Part shown: one piece after another, positions 1-9,828 of the stretch
How positions within the stretch are numbered: the stretch's first letter is position 1
Layout of the letters: every line of letters begins with the position of its first letter
Source of the DNA: Candidatus Nealsonbacteria bacterium
Lineage (GTDB): Bacteria; Patescibacteriota; Minisyncoccia; Minisyncoccales; DAOVPY01
Length of the DNA stretch: 64,000 nt
Reading direction: 5' to 3'
Assembly (NCBI GenBank): GCA_030628945.1
Contig: DAOVPY010000001.1
Span: 136,124 to 200,123, forward strand
The notes under the pieces: generated by a model
What the model was told of the DNA's origin: nothing
Databases searched by the model: none
Seen by the model: the letters and a program-made list of their open reading frames with translations, nothing else
Translations under genes and position numbers: made by a program

Positions 1-2
1 CA

Positions 3-488
3 ATAATTACAAAATTAAATAAATTAATTAAGAATCCAAGGAATTTAAAACTTAGAGAAGAGATAATGTTTAGCGCAACATTAGGAGGAATCGTTATAAC
101 TAATGCCAGAACTGGAGTTATTCATACTATGGCTGCCGCTATAGAGCCTTACTGTCATTTATCTCACGGTGAAGTAGTAGGGAGAATGTTACCCAAAGTA
201 TTAAGATTTTATATTAATCAGGGGAAATGCCGGAAGGAGATGGTAAAGATGTTTCAGTATATATACGGTCAAAAAATAAATAGTCCTGAAGTATTTATAA
301 AAAAAGTTGAAGATTTTATTTTAGATATATTTAAAACAAATAATTTTAAAGATCAAAATATTTCTGAAGATTTAATTGATGAATTTATAAAAAGAGTATT
401 TATGGATAAAGGATTACCTGAGGTTTCACCTATAAATATTAATGTAAAAAATATTCAAAAATTATTTAAAATAGTGCTTTATACTTAA
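3..488 (+). CDS. Iron-containing (group III) alcohol dehydrogenase, C-terminal part; 5' end lies outside the window
   Basis: The reading frame is open from the window edge to the stop at 488, with no stop before the first Met at 66. GVIHTMAAAIEPY-HLSHGEVVGRMLPKVLRF resembles the His-rich metal-site/C-terminal helical region of Fe-ADHs. A substrate such as phosphonoacetaldehyde is inferred only from the neighbouring genes. Confidence 0.55.
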   Translation: MITKLNKLIKNPRNLKLREEIMFSATLGGIVITNARTGVIHTMAAAIEPYCHLSHGEVVGRMLPKVLRFYINQGKCRKEMVKMFQYIYGQKINSPEVFIKKVEDFILDIFKTNNFKDQNISEDLIDEFIKRVFMDKGLPEVSPININVKNIQKLFKIVLYT

Positions 489-502
489 TTTTAATAAAAT
501 TT

Positions 503-1009
503 ATGGAAAATATTTTAACTTCTAAAGAATTTTTTGATGAGTTGATTAGTCAAAAAATAAATTTTTTTTGTGGGGTTCCTTGTTCGGTAATAGACAAATT
601 AATCAAGATTGTGTCTGAAACTGGTTTGACTTATATAAATGCCACCTGTGAAGATGTCGCTGTCGCTGTCGCTGTAGGCGCCTATTTGGCAGGAAAAAAT
701 CCTTGTGTATTGATGCAAAATTCGGGATTTGGAAATGCTGTTGATACTATAATTACTTTAAATCAATTATATAAAACGCCTATTCTATTTGTAATTACTT
801 GGCGGGGTTTTGATGGAACTGACGAGGTTCAGCATTTAGATTGGGGAAAAATTACTCTTCCGCTTTTTAATGTTATTGGATTGCCATATTTTTTAATTTC
901 AAAAGATAATTATAAGGAAAATATAATTAAAGCTATGGATAAAATAAGACATCAGAATAAATCTGTTGCCTTGATTATTCGTAGAGGATATTTAAATGAG
1001 AAGAGATGA
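503..1009 (+). CDS. TPP-dependent sulfopyruvate/phosphonopyruvate decarboxylase, alpha (PYR-domain) subunit
   Basis: 168 aa. FFCGVPCS...MQNSGFGNA fits the pyrimidine-binding half of TPP enzymes. It overlaps the partner subunit gene by 14 nt. Confidence 0.6.
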   Translation: MENILTSKEFFDELISQKINFFCGVPCSVIDKLIKIVSETGLTYINATCEDVAVAVAVGAYLAGKNPCVLMQNSGFGNAVDTIITLNQLYKTPILFVITWRGFDGTDEVQHLDWGKITLPLFNVIGLPYFLISKDNYKENIIKAMDKIRHQNKSVALIIRRGYLNEKR

Positions 1010-1556
1010 AGCTATAAAAAATATATATAAAGCAGTTGATAACAAAAGTGTTTTTATTTTTGCCAATGGCAAAATAAGTAGAGAGGGTTATCTAAAATGT
1101 GATAATAAAAGAAATTTTTATATGTTGGCATCTATGGGTAAAGCATCGTCTATTGGTCTTGGAGTCGCATTAAATAAGCATGACAGAACCGTTATTGTGT
1201 TTGATGGCGATGGAAATATTTTAATGAATTTAGATAATCTTGCGATGATTGGATATTTTCATCCAAAAAATTTGATTCATGTCGTGCTGGATAATAAAAG
1301 TTATGCCACCACTGGTGGACAAAAAACTTTATCAAAAAAAATAGAACTGGATAAAGTTGCTAAGTCTTGTGGCTATAACCGGATTTTCAATGTTAAAACC
1401 AACGAAGAAATTTTAACTGCAACAAAGGAATGCTGTAATTCGAATGGTCCCTATTTTATTTTAGTTAAAATAGATAAAGAGCAAATTGAAGGCACAAAAA
1501 TAATTCCTTATAGTCCTGAAGAAATAAAACAAAGATTTATAGAGTCGCTATATTAG
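996..1556 (+). CDS. TPP-dependent sulfopyruvate/phosphonopyruvate decarboxylase, beta (PP-domain) subunit
   Basis: FDGDGNILMNLDNL matches the GDG...N thiamine-diphosphate/Mg-binding motif. It is translationally coupled to the alpha subunit. Confidence 0.65.
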   Translation: MRRDEAIKNIYKAVDNKSVFIFANGKISREGYLKCDNKRNFYMLASMGKASSIGLGVALNKHDRTVIVFDGDGNILMNLDNLAMIGYFHPKNLIHVVLDNKSYATTGGQKTLSKKIELDKVAKSCGYNRIFNVKTNEEILTATKECCNSNGPYFILVKIDKEQIEGTKIIPYSPEEIKQRFIESLY

Positions 1557-1580
1557 AAAAATATTTATGTTTAGAAATAT

Positions 1581-2630
1581 ATGATACATACATTTAAAAT
1601 AAAAAATAAAATAATTGGAGGAGATAATGCTTGTTTTATAATAGCTGAAATTGGATTGAATCATAATGGAGATATAAAAATTGCCAAGAAGCTCATTGAT
1701 CAAGCGGTGAAGGCTGAAGCTGATTGCGTAAAATTTCAAAAGAGAAATGTAGATACTTTAGCCATTAAAGAAGTTTTAGATGCGGAAGATGATAGATTTC
1801 CTGAGTTTGGAAAAACATATCGAGCAATAAGAGAATATCTTGAATTTTCAGAAAGGCAATATAAAGAAATAAAGGATTATTGTGATAAAAAGAACATTAT
1901 TTTTTTGTGTACTGCTTTTGATATTGAATCTGCTGATTTTTTAGAAAAACTTGGCGTTGAAGCATATAAAATTGCTAGCCATTCCCTAACTAATTTGCCA
2001 TTGATAGAGCATATAGCGAGAAAAGGCAAACCTATGTTTGTTTCAACTGGGATGTGTACGCTGAATGAGATTGATAAGACCGTAAATTTAATAAAAAAAT
2101 ATCATTGTCCTCTTTTATTGTTTCATTGTATATCCGTATATCCTCAATCTCCAAAAGAATCAAATTTAAAAATGATTGATATATTAAATAGAAGATATAA
2201 AGATATACCTATCGGCTATTCGGGACATGAAATTGGTATAACTATATCTTTAGCCGCAATAGCTCTTGGAGCCAAAGCCGTTGAAAGACATTTTACTCTT
2301 AATAGAAATATTGCGGGCTTTGATCATAAATTATCTATTCATCCTGAAGAATTAAAAGAATTAATAACAAAAGGAAGAGAAATTGAGGATGCCTTAGGCT
2401 CTGGCAAAAAGAGTATCCTTGGTAAAGAATGGATCACAAGAAAAAAATATCACGCTTCAATTGTTTCTAAAGTAAACATTCCTAAAGGAACAATAATTAC
2501 TAAAAATATGTTAACTTTTAAAAATCCGGGTATTGGTCTTGAAACCTACTATCTCCCAAAAATAATAGGCAAGAAAGCAGTAATAGACATAAAAGGAGAT
2601 GTGCTTATAACTTTTAATATGATTAAATAA
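1581..2630 (+). CDS. NeuB-family nonulosonic acid (sialic/legionaminic/pseudaminic) synthase
   Basis: The N-terminal signature is FIIAEIGLNHNGD. The C terminus looks like a SAF domain (NIPKGTIITKNMLTFKNPG). Length is 349 aa. Confidence 0.75.
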   Translation: MIHTFKIKNKIIGGDNACFIIAEIGLNHNGDIKIAKKLIDQAVKAEADCVKFQKRNVDTLAIKEVLDAEDDRFPEFGKTYRAIREYLEFSERQYKEIKDYCDKKNIIFLCTAFDIESADFLEKLGVEAYKIASHSLTNLPLIEHIARKGKPMFVSTGMCTLNEIDKTVNLIKKYHCPLLLFHCISVYPQSPKESNLKMIDILNRRYKDIPIGYSGHEIGITISLAAIALGAKAVERHFTLNRNIAGFDHKLSIHPEELKELITKGREIEDALGSGKKSILGKEWITRKKYHASIVSKVNIPKGTIITKNMLTFKNPGIGLETYYLPKIIGKKAVIDIKGDVLITFNMIK

Positions 2631-2644
2631 TATTTGATATAAAG

Positions 2645-4618
2645 ATGAAAACCAAGAAACTTTGTTTATACACAATATTCCATTTGAATTTGGCTTATTC
2701 TTCCATTCCTGAAAAAGATTATCCATTAGTAATAAAGAGGTGTTACGCGCCTCTTTTTGATATCTGCGAGGAAATGGATATTCCGTTGGGGATAGAGGCG
2801 TCAGGATATACCTTAGAGAAAATTAAAGAAATATCACCGGCATTGATTTTAAAATGGAAAAAATTATTAAAAAATAAAAAATGCGAATTGATCGGCTCTG
2901 GCTATGCCCAAATTATTGGCCCCTTGGTACCGGCTGAAGTAAATTTTTACAATTTGAAAATAGGTCATCAGGTTTATCAATCAATTTTAGGAATAAAACC
3001 AAGGGTTGCTTTGGTAAATGAACAGGCATATTCCCAGGGATTAATAGAACATTATCTTAAAGCCGGCTATAAAGCGATTATGATGGAATGGAATAACCCC
3101 AGGCAATATCATCCTGAATGGAATGATTTATGGCGATATTATAAACAGAATGCCATGGGAGCAGACAACCGATGTGTGCCGCTGATATGGGTTGATACAA
3201 TTGCTTTTCAAAAATTTCAAAGATATGTTCATGGAGAATCAGGATTAGATGAATATATTGATTATTTAAAGACCCATTTAGGAAAATCAGATAGGTTTTT
3301 TCCTCTTTACGGAAACGACGCCGAGATATTTGATTACCGCCCTGGTCGGTATGGCAGTGAAGCCGGAATATGCCAAGAAGGAGAATGGAACAGAATAAAT
3401 CTGTTATTTGAATATTTTGCAAAAAATAAGGAATTCAAATTTCTTTTACCCTCCCAAATTATTAAATTACCAAAATGTGAATTTTCAGACAAGAAATTAC
3501 GGTTGGAATCTCCTCAACAGCCCATTTCGGTTAAAAAACAGGAAAAATATAATCTCTACAGATGGGCCCTTACAGGGCGGGACGACCTCGGGATTAACAC
3601 TAAATGTTATCGCATTTACAAATCTTTACTGGAAAGCAAGAATGAAAATCTTGAGGACTGGAAAGAATTGTGTTATTTATGGTCCAGCGATTTCAGGACG
3701 CACATCACAGAAGATAGGTGGACTAAATATCTAAAGCGACTGGATAGATTCTTGGAAAGTAACCTCAAAGCAGATACATCTCTGGCAAAGAAATCTCAAC
3801 GAACAATAAAAACACCTTGCAGTAATAAGCTTTTTCAATGTTTTGAAGACAGGCGGTATTTAACCATTGAGACCGATTCAATAAAATGCGTTTTTGATAA
3901 ATTAAAGGGTTTATCAATAAATTCATTTTGGTTTAAAAATAAATCAAAGAAACCCTTGTTTGGAACCTTGCCGCTTGATTATTACGATGACATATCGTTT
4001 GGCGCGGATTTTTATACCGGACATATGATTATTGAAAAACCTGGAGAACATAAAATTACCGACTTAATTATTTGCGTTCCAGAGCTCTTATTTGACGGCG
4101 AATTTTCGCTAACCGTTAGAACCGAAATTAGCGCCAGGGGCGCTTTCCTTAAAAAGGAATATCATATTAATCTTAAAAAGCCCTGTTTTGAAATTGAGAA
4201 AGAAATTAGTATGCCGGCGAGGGAACTCGGCGTTATACATATTGGCAATATTACTTTTATACCTGCTTCATTTGACAGGACATCTCTCTTTTTCGCGACG
4301 CATAATGGAGGCAAAGAAATGGAAAAATTTAAAATTAAAGACGATATTATTAATCACGCTCAGGGACTTTCTTCCCTTATCTCGGCAAAACACGGCTTGG
4401 GCGCGACTGAAGGAATAGTAGTGGTGGGCGATAAAGAAAAAAAAATAACCATTGAGCATGGTCAAACAATTTCAGCTTTAATTCCGTCTATCCGCTATGA
4501 GCCAATGGCTCACGGGCTATATTTCTTGCGTCTTCAATACTCTGCCAAGGAGATGGATGAAACATTTAGGGAGAGTCGCAAAGAACAGAAACTGAGGTTT
4601 TACTGGAAAATAACATGA
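2645..4618 (+). CDS. GH57-like glycan-processing protein (weak assignment)
   Basis: The N terminus IFHLNLAYSSI...LGIEASGYT resembles the start of GH57 catalytic domains. The remaining ~400 aa are unassigned. Confidence 0.35.
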   Translation: MKTKKLCLYTIFHLNLAYSSIPEKDYPLVIKRCYAPLFDICEEMDIPLGIEASGYTLEKIKEISPALILKWKKLLKNKKCELIGSGYAQIIGPLVPAEVNFYNLKIGHQVYQSILGIKPRVALVNEQAYSQGLIEHYLKAGYKAIMMEWNNPRQYHPEWNDLWRYYKQNAMGADNRCVPLIWVDTIAFQKFQRYVHGESGLDEYIDYLKTHLGKSDRFFPLYGNDAEIFDYRPGRYGSEAGICQEGEWNRINLLFEYFAKNKEFKFLLPSQIIKLPKCEFSDKKLRLESPQQPISVKKQEKYNLYRWALTGRDDLGINTKCYRIYKSLLESKNENLEDWKELCYLWSSDFRTHITEDRWTKYLKRLDRFLESNLKADTSLAKKSQRTIKTPCSNKLFQCFEDRRYLTIETDSIKCVFDKLKGLSINSFWFKNKSKKPLFGTLPLDYYDDISFGADFYTGHMIIEKPGEHKITDLIICVPELLFDGEFSLTVRTEISARGAFLKKEYHINLKKPCFEIEKEISMPARELGVIHIGNITFIPASFDRTSLFFATHNGGKEMEKFKIKDDIINHAQGLSSLISAKHGLGATEGIVVVGDKEKKITIEHGQTISALIPSIRYEPMAHGLYFLRLQYSAKEMDETFRESRKEQKLRFYWKIT

Positions 4619-4633
4619 CAGCCGAATTTGCGC

Positions 4634-5914
4634 TTATTCTTTAGAATATTTTGCCACTATTAATTTCCATTGAGTTAAGCCCAGAGCAATACCGAACAAG
4701 AAGAATATAATTCTGCTCATCACCACCCCGGTCAGACCATAAGGTTTTATAAGAAAGAACAAAGCGATTATTAAAACAATATGAGGTATAATACCCCAGT
4801 AGAGCCAGCTTTTTGGGTAATAAGTTAGTTTAGACTGCTTTGCGGCGCTTAACAAAGAAATGGGCGCCACCAAAGCGATTGTAATGGCGAATAATTGCGA
4901 GAAGAATATGGAATCCAGATATTTGGGAAAAAATATTTTAAATAGATAGGGAGCGAGCAGTATATAAATCAAAGCAACACAGCTGCCTATTAAAAATAAT
5001 TTAACAAGCCGTTTATGTAAAAGAGCGTTAATTTCCTTAAAAGAATGTCGGACAAGTTTAGGCAGGGCAAGGGTCGGGATTTTACTAAATAAATCTCTAA
5101 GTTGCGTCGGAGGAGCGAGAGCAAAAGAATAGATAGCCACCTCTGCGGCGCCAAGATAATGAAAAATAAGCAAGCGGTCCAGATAGATAGTTACTCTGCC
5201 GATAACATTAACAAAACTTAGATGTTTTCCGTAAGAGAGGGTCTTGGAGTCCTCTTTTTTATTTGGCTGAAATTTTATTTTAGTAAGGACATAAAAGAAA
5301 TAATTTAAAGAAGTGCGGGAGATGAGATAAACCGCAATTAACCAAAAAAGATTTTTAGTAAGGAAAAGAGCGATAATCATCGCTCCGACCGAGATAATTT
5401 GGTTGGGAATGTTGTATTTTGTCTGAACCTTAAACAATTTTCTTCCAGCTAAAAAATTTCCGTAAATTCCGGATGCGTGCATTAAGGGCAAAAAGACAGC
5501 CGAGATTAGCAGGGGAATGGGTAAAAGTTCATTTCCCTGAAGCCAATAGTAGCCGGCCAACCCCATGGCGGCTAAACTTCCTAACGCCCCCCATTTTAAT
5601 TTAGTTTTAAAACCGACATAAAAAGAACCTTCCAATCCCCGGGCAACTGATTGAGTAACCGCTGTTTTCATTTCCGTGAGAGTAAAAATCCCTAAAATTC
5701 CAACCAAAGAAAGGATATATTTGTAATTTCCATAAGTGGCGGGATCAAGCAAATTAGCAAAAGCAATAGCCAATAAAAAAGCGGCGGCAGTTGAAACGAG
5801 CTGCTCCGTAGTCAGCCAGAATCCGCCTTTAGCCAAATAGACATTGTCGGTGCCGGTGTATTTTTGAGACCAAATCAGCCAATCGCGGATTTTAATTTTT
5901 AGTTGGCTTAACAT
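4634..5914 (-). CDS. Wzx-like oligosaccharide flippase (MOP superfamily)
   Basis: 426 aa with about 12 hydrophobic helices. The glycan-locus context supports the call. Confidence 0.55.
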   Translation of the reverse strand: MLSQLKIKIRDWLIWSQKYTGTDNVYLAKGGFWLTTEQLVSTAAAFLLAIAFANLLDPATYGNYKYILSLVGILGIFTLTEMKTAVTQSVARGLEGSFYVGFKTKLKWGALGSLAAMGLAGYYWLQGNELLPIPLLISAVFLPLMHASGIYGNFLAGRKLFKVQTKYNIPNQIISVGAMIIALFLTKNLFWLIAVYLISRTSLNYFFYVLTKIKFQPNKKEDSKTLSYGKHLSFVNVIGRVTIYLDRLLIFHYLGAAEVAIYSFALAPPTQLRDLFSKIPTLALPKLVRHSFKEINALLHKRLVKLFLIGSCVALIYILLAPYLFKIFFPKYLDSIFFSQLFAITIALVAPISLLSAAKQSKLTYYPKSWLYWGIIPHIVLIIALFFLIKPYGLTGVVMSRIIFFLFGIALGLTQWKLIVAKYSKE

Positions 5915-5929
5915 AGGTTTAATATGTGT

Positions 5930-7645
5930 TTATCTTATTATATTTAAGAGCCAGATTTTATTCGGAGATGGCTTGATTTGAGTAAACTCCACTGAATTGT
6001 CAGCAATGTTAACTACTTGAGATTGCTCAATGATTTTTTTGCTGAGTTCATCGGAATAACCCAAGATATATCTTATTTCAAATTTTTCAAAAGCGGAATT
6101 TAACTCCCCATTATCTAATAAATCCTTAATGGTTTTTTCCTGAAAGGCAACCAAAGATTTATTGGTCAAATAATTCAGGCGATAGATGTCAGAAGCGCGA
6201 AGGGGACAAGCTATAACTTTTTCGTCAGAAATATTGAGTTCTTCAATTTTTTGGCTGTAGGCCTTGATTCTTAGAGAGTTTTTTTGGTCCTGGTCAAATA
6301 ACGTGTTCCAAGCCGTATGATTAGCCAGAAGCAGGCCATATAGTGTTGTTAAAACTATGACTGCCAGTAAAATCTTGGATTTTATTTGGCTAAAACAAAA
6401 ATGTTCGTTAATGATTTTAACAAGCATTACAATTCCCAAGGTTATCCATAAGGCGAGAATCCAGCCAAAATCCATTAAATGATTTCTTCCGGCTAGGGCT
6501 GCGAAAGAAAGCAAAAAAATAACAGAAAAAATCCAACCCAAAGATAATTGATAAAGCTCTTTATTTTTTCGCCTCAAAGTATAAATTCCCAGAATCATTA
6601 ATAAAGAAACAAAAGGCCCCCCAATGTCTTCTAAAGAAAAGAATCTGGAAAGGTGGTCCAAAGATAAAATTAATCCCACTTTAATTCTTTCTAAAAGGCC
6701 TGGGGTTCTGATTCCAGCATTGGAGGCATTTTTAATTAAACCCTTTTTAACATAGAAATCTATTTTTTTATCGTTTAGCTGATTTTGATGATTTTGAAGA
6801 AATTCTTCTTTATTAAAATGATAGGTGTAGGGATCGGGAAAAAGATGACAATAACGGCCAAAACCAGATGATTTTAGTTCTTCCGGTGCTTCGCTTGTAA
6901 AATGAAGCAGATAAGTATTGCCCCCATTTTTCATCGTTAAAGCATCGGGCAGCCACAAACAGCTGAATAAAATTATAAAAGGAATAAAGATATATAATAG
7001 ATAACGTTTTTGGTTTTTCCACCAAAGAAAAAAGAAAAAGAAAGGAATGAATAAGAAAAAGGTATCTTTTGCCAGACAGGATAAGACCAGGAAAATTCCC
7101 GAGAGCCCTAAATAAATATAGTTGTGTTTTTGCTTGATACCACCAAAATAAAATAAAAAGAAAAGGGAAAAAAACAGCAAAGCAAATTCGTAGTTGCTTA
7201 AAAGATAAGACATTTGCCAATTAAAAGGCAGCAAGATATAGATTAAAGAAAAAATTCCAGATATCTTAAAACCAAATAAATATAAAACAATTAAGGCGAG
7301 AATAACCAGAATAAGAGCATAGAGAGCCATAGACAGCCAAATCAAATTTTTTTCTTTAAGCGGACCCGTTAATTCAAAAAGTTTTCCGTAAAGCGCAACA
7401 GTAAGCTTATTGCGGGAAGATGAAGTGTGTCCCTGTTCTTTAATCAAATTAGAAGATAGGACGACATTAAGGTCGTTTTCCATGCCGTATATCCCGGTTT
7501 GAGCAAGGTTTCGGGACAAAATAAGCGCGCCTCCGATTTGATGGGGAGTATAACCCTTAAGTAAAATAGTGGAATACCAGACAGAAATAGCCAATAAAAA
7601 AACAGCCAATAGAAAGATTGTTATTTTTATGATATTTTTTATCAT
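5930..7645 (-). CDS. Polytopic membrane protein, candidate GT-C (ArnT/PMT-like) glycosyltransferase
   Basis: 571 aa with many hydrophobic segments followed by a soluble C-terminal domain. It overlaps the upstream methyltransferase gene by 4 nt. Confidence 0.4.
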   Translation of the reverse strand: MIKNIIKITIFLLAVFLLAISVWYSTILLKGYTPHQIGGALILSRNLAQTGIYGMENDLNVVLSSNLIKEQGHTSSSRNKLTVALYGKLFELTGPLKEKNLIWLSMALYALILVILALIVLYLFGFKISGIFSLIYILLPFNWQMSYLLSNYEFALLFFSLFFLFYFGGIKQKHNYIYLGLSGIFLVLSCLAKDTFFLFIPFFFFFLWWKNQKRYLLYIFIPFIILFSCLWLPDALTMKNGGNTYLLHFTSEAPEELKSSGFGRYCHLFPDPYTYHFNKEEFLQNHQNQLNDKKIDFYVKKGLIKNASNAGIRTPGLLERIKVGLILSLDHLSRFFSLEDIGGPFVSLLMILGIYTLRRKNKELYQLSLGWIFSVIFLLSFAALAGRNHLMDFGWILALWITLGIVMLVKIINEHFCFSQIKSKILLAVIVLTTLYGLLLANHTAWNTLFDQDQKNSLRIKAYSQKIEELNISDEKVIACPLRASDIYRLNYLTNKSLVAFQEKTIKDLLDNGELNSAFEKFEIRYILGYSDELSKKIIEQSQVVNIADNSVEFTQIKPSPNKIWLLNIIR

Positions 7646-8409
7646 TTTTTAACGCAGATGAATATTCTTCTTAACCCCAGCCAGGGCATTAAAGTTTTTT
7701 CAAATTTTTTTTCAAACCATTTTCCAAATCTGATTAAAAATTTTGGTCCGACCGGAATAAGAATGGTTGTTTTTTCTTTTTTAACCTTTAAGCCGGCCCG
7801 GTTAAACATTTTTAGGATGGTTTTTCTTCGTTGGAAACGATGAGGCCCCTCGCTGTGGTGCAATCCCGTAATTGCCGCTAACCAGTGAACCGGCTCCCAT
7901 AAAACATTGGGGCAGGTGAGCAATAGCTCCCCGTTGGGTTTGAGCACCCGTCCCAGTTCTTTAACAAAGACATCCGGCGGATAGATATGCTCCAATGTTT
8001 CAAAACAGAGGATTGCCTCAAATTCGTTGTCAGGGAAGGGAAGGGGAAATTTTGAAAATAATTTTGTTTCAAAATTTATTTTATTATCGGTTAGATTCTT
8101 CGCGCAAATTTCCTGCATTTTTTCAGTGACGTCGGCGCAGATAACTTTTTTGATTTTGTTTCTTTTGTGAAAATAAACACTGCCGTTGCCGGTTCTGCTG
8201 CAAATATCTAAGATATAGCTTTGGTTTGGAATAGTGCAGAAATTATACCCGTCAATAAACCGTCGGAAATAACTGTATGTTCTTTCGTTGACGTCGTCAT
8301 AATCAGTGGTTTCGTCCCAATGTTGACCGACCTCTTTTAGTGTCCATTTGCTTTTTTTGACGTAATTTATTTCTTTTTTTAAGTTTTGCCAGATTTTTTT
8401 AAAATTCAT
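7642..8409 (-). CDS. Class I SAM-dependent methyltransferase
   Basis: Motif I is ILDICSRTGNGS. LCFETLEHI and LKPNGELLL are post-I motifs. Confidence 0.7.
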   Translation of the reverse strand: MNFKKIWQNLKKEINYVKKSKWTLKEVGQHWDETTDYDDVNERTYSYFRRFIDGYNFCTIPNQSYILDICSRTGNGSVYFHKRNKIKKVICADVTEKMQEICAKNLTDNKINFETKLFSKFPLPFPDNEFEAILCFETLEHIYPPDVFVKELGRVLKPNGELLLTCPNVLWEPVHWLAAITGLHHSEGPHRFQRRKTILKMFNRAGLKVKKEKTTILIPVGPKFLIRFGKWFEKKFEKTLMPWLGLRRIFICVKK

Positions 8410-8411
8410 AT

Positions 8412-9827
8412 TTAATTCATGGTTATAACTTTAAGGCCGGCCCTAACTTTCCTTTTTAATTCAGGCAAGGATTTAATTTGAAGAATTTTTTTGATGATAT
8501 AATTTGGTCTCAAGTAGAATTGTTTATAAGCGTAAATCACTAAGTCCTGAAGTTCTTGGATGGAAAGATTTTCTTCCCAATATTTTGTTTTAAAGTTTGA
8601 GTTGGGATTTTTAGCGAATTCCAACCAATAATCATTAGTAAATATTTTTTGCTCCAATCCTGTTTGATAAATTTTGGTGGCTGGGAAAGGGGTGAAGAGA
8701 GTAATTTGCGCAAAATCAGGGTTGAGTTCTTTGGCGAATTTAATTGTTTGCAAGATATCTTCTCTTGTTTCAGTCGGGCAGCCAATCATAAAATAAGCCA
8801 AAGTGGCAATGCCATTTTTTTTAGTTAATCTAAAAGTTTCTTTTACTTGTTGAAGAGAGATGCCTTTATTCAAGACCTTAAGTATTTTTTCGGTTCCGGC
8901 CTCAACGCCGTAATGGATTCTTGCGCAGCCGGCTTGTTTCAATTTTTTGAGCATTGCTTCGTCAACCGTATCAACCCGGGTTCGGATGTCCCAGCTAAAA
9001 TTCAACTTCCTTTTAGTTATCTCGTCGCAGATATCAAACACCCGTTGGCGAATAACCGAAAAAGTGTCGTCATAAATAAAAATTTCCTGGATGCCCATTT
9101 TGAGGCATTCTTCCATTTCATCAACTACATTTTTCCCTGAACGATAGCGAAAATATCTGCCCATATTTGGTCTGTAGCAAAAAGCGCATTGATAGGGGCA
9201 GCCGCGGCTGGTGAACATAGTGGTAATCGGATTTTTTTTAGCCAAGAGAGAGAAATATTTTTGAAAAGGAATTAAGCGCCTGGGCGGAAAAGGCAGGTCA
9301 TCAAGGTTTTTAATATAGCTTTTTTGTCCCGCGTTTACAATTTCATCGCCGATTTTAAAAACTAATCCTTTGATTTTTCTTAATTTTTTAACATCATCAA
9401 GATTATTGAGCAATTCATAAAAAGTTATTTCTCCTTCGCCCAGAACCACATAATCAACTCCCTGAAGATTGATGGTTTCTTGAGGATAAATCTGGGCATG
9501 GGGTCCGCCCAAAACCACTTTGGTTTTCGGGTTGATTTCTTTAACGATTTTGATGGTTGCCAGAACATCCAGGAGAGTAAAAGTCATAGCCGTGAGCCCG
9601 ACTATATTCGGCTGGTATTTTTCAATTTTTTCTTTCAGTTGTTGGTAGCTTAATTTTTCTACTTGGGCGTCAATAATTTTAAGGTCAAAGCAAGAATATT
9701 TTTCTAAATAACCGGCTAGATACAAAAGGCCCAACGGCGGTTCATAACCCCTTTCTTCTTTGATAATTTGAGGATTGCAGCTAAGAATTTCATTGATAGC
9801 CGGCGGATTAATAAGCAGAACTTTCAT
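8412..9827 (-). CDS. B12-binding-domain radical SAM enzyme
   Basis: The N-terminal region is cobalamin-binding-like. SRGCPYQCAFCY contains the CX3CX2C cluster motif. Confidence 0.8.
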   Translation of the reverse strand: MKVLLINPPAINEILSCNPQIIKEERGYEPPLGLLYLAGYLEKYSCFDLKIIDAQVEKLSYQQLKEKIEKYQPNIVGLTAMTFTLLDVLATIKIVKEINPKTKVVLGGPHAQIYPQETINLQGVDYVVLGEGEITFYELLNNLDDVKKLRKIKGLVFKIGDEIVNAGQKSYIKNLDDLPFPPRRLIPFQKYFSLLAKKNPITTMFTSRGCPYQCAFCYRPNMGRYFRYRSGKNVVDEMEECLKMGIQEIFIYDDTFSVIRQRVFDICDEITKRKLNFSWDIRTRVDTVDEAMLKKLKQAGCARIHYGVEAGTEKILKVLNKGISLQQVKETFRLTKKNGIATLAYFMIGCPTETREDILQTIKFAKELNPDFAQITLFTPFPATKIYQTGLEQKIFTNDYWLEFAKNPNSNFKTKYWEENLSIQELQDLVIYAYKQFYLRPNYIIKKILQIKSLPELKRKVRAGLKVITMN

Positions 9828-9828
9828 T

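Noticed and set aside
657-676. (GTCGCT)3 hexanucleotide repeat inside the decarboxylase alpha subunit gene
   Set aside because: It encodes an in-frame VAVAVAV stretch. It is too short and frame-neutral to suggest phase variation.
3078-4465. Internal or overlapping ORFs within the GH57-like gene (3078-3422 -, 3408-3734 +, 4188-4418 +, 4268-4465 -), and similar nested ORFs inside ftsH, clpB, the A2M gene and pbpC
   Set aside because: All are shorter than the well-supported host genes and fully embedded in them. They have low-complexity translations and no independent signals.
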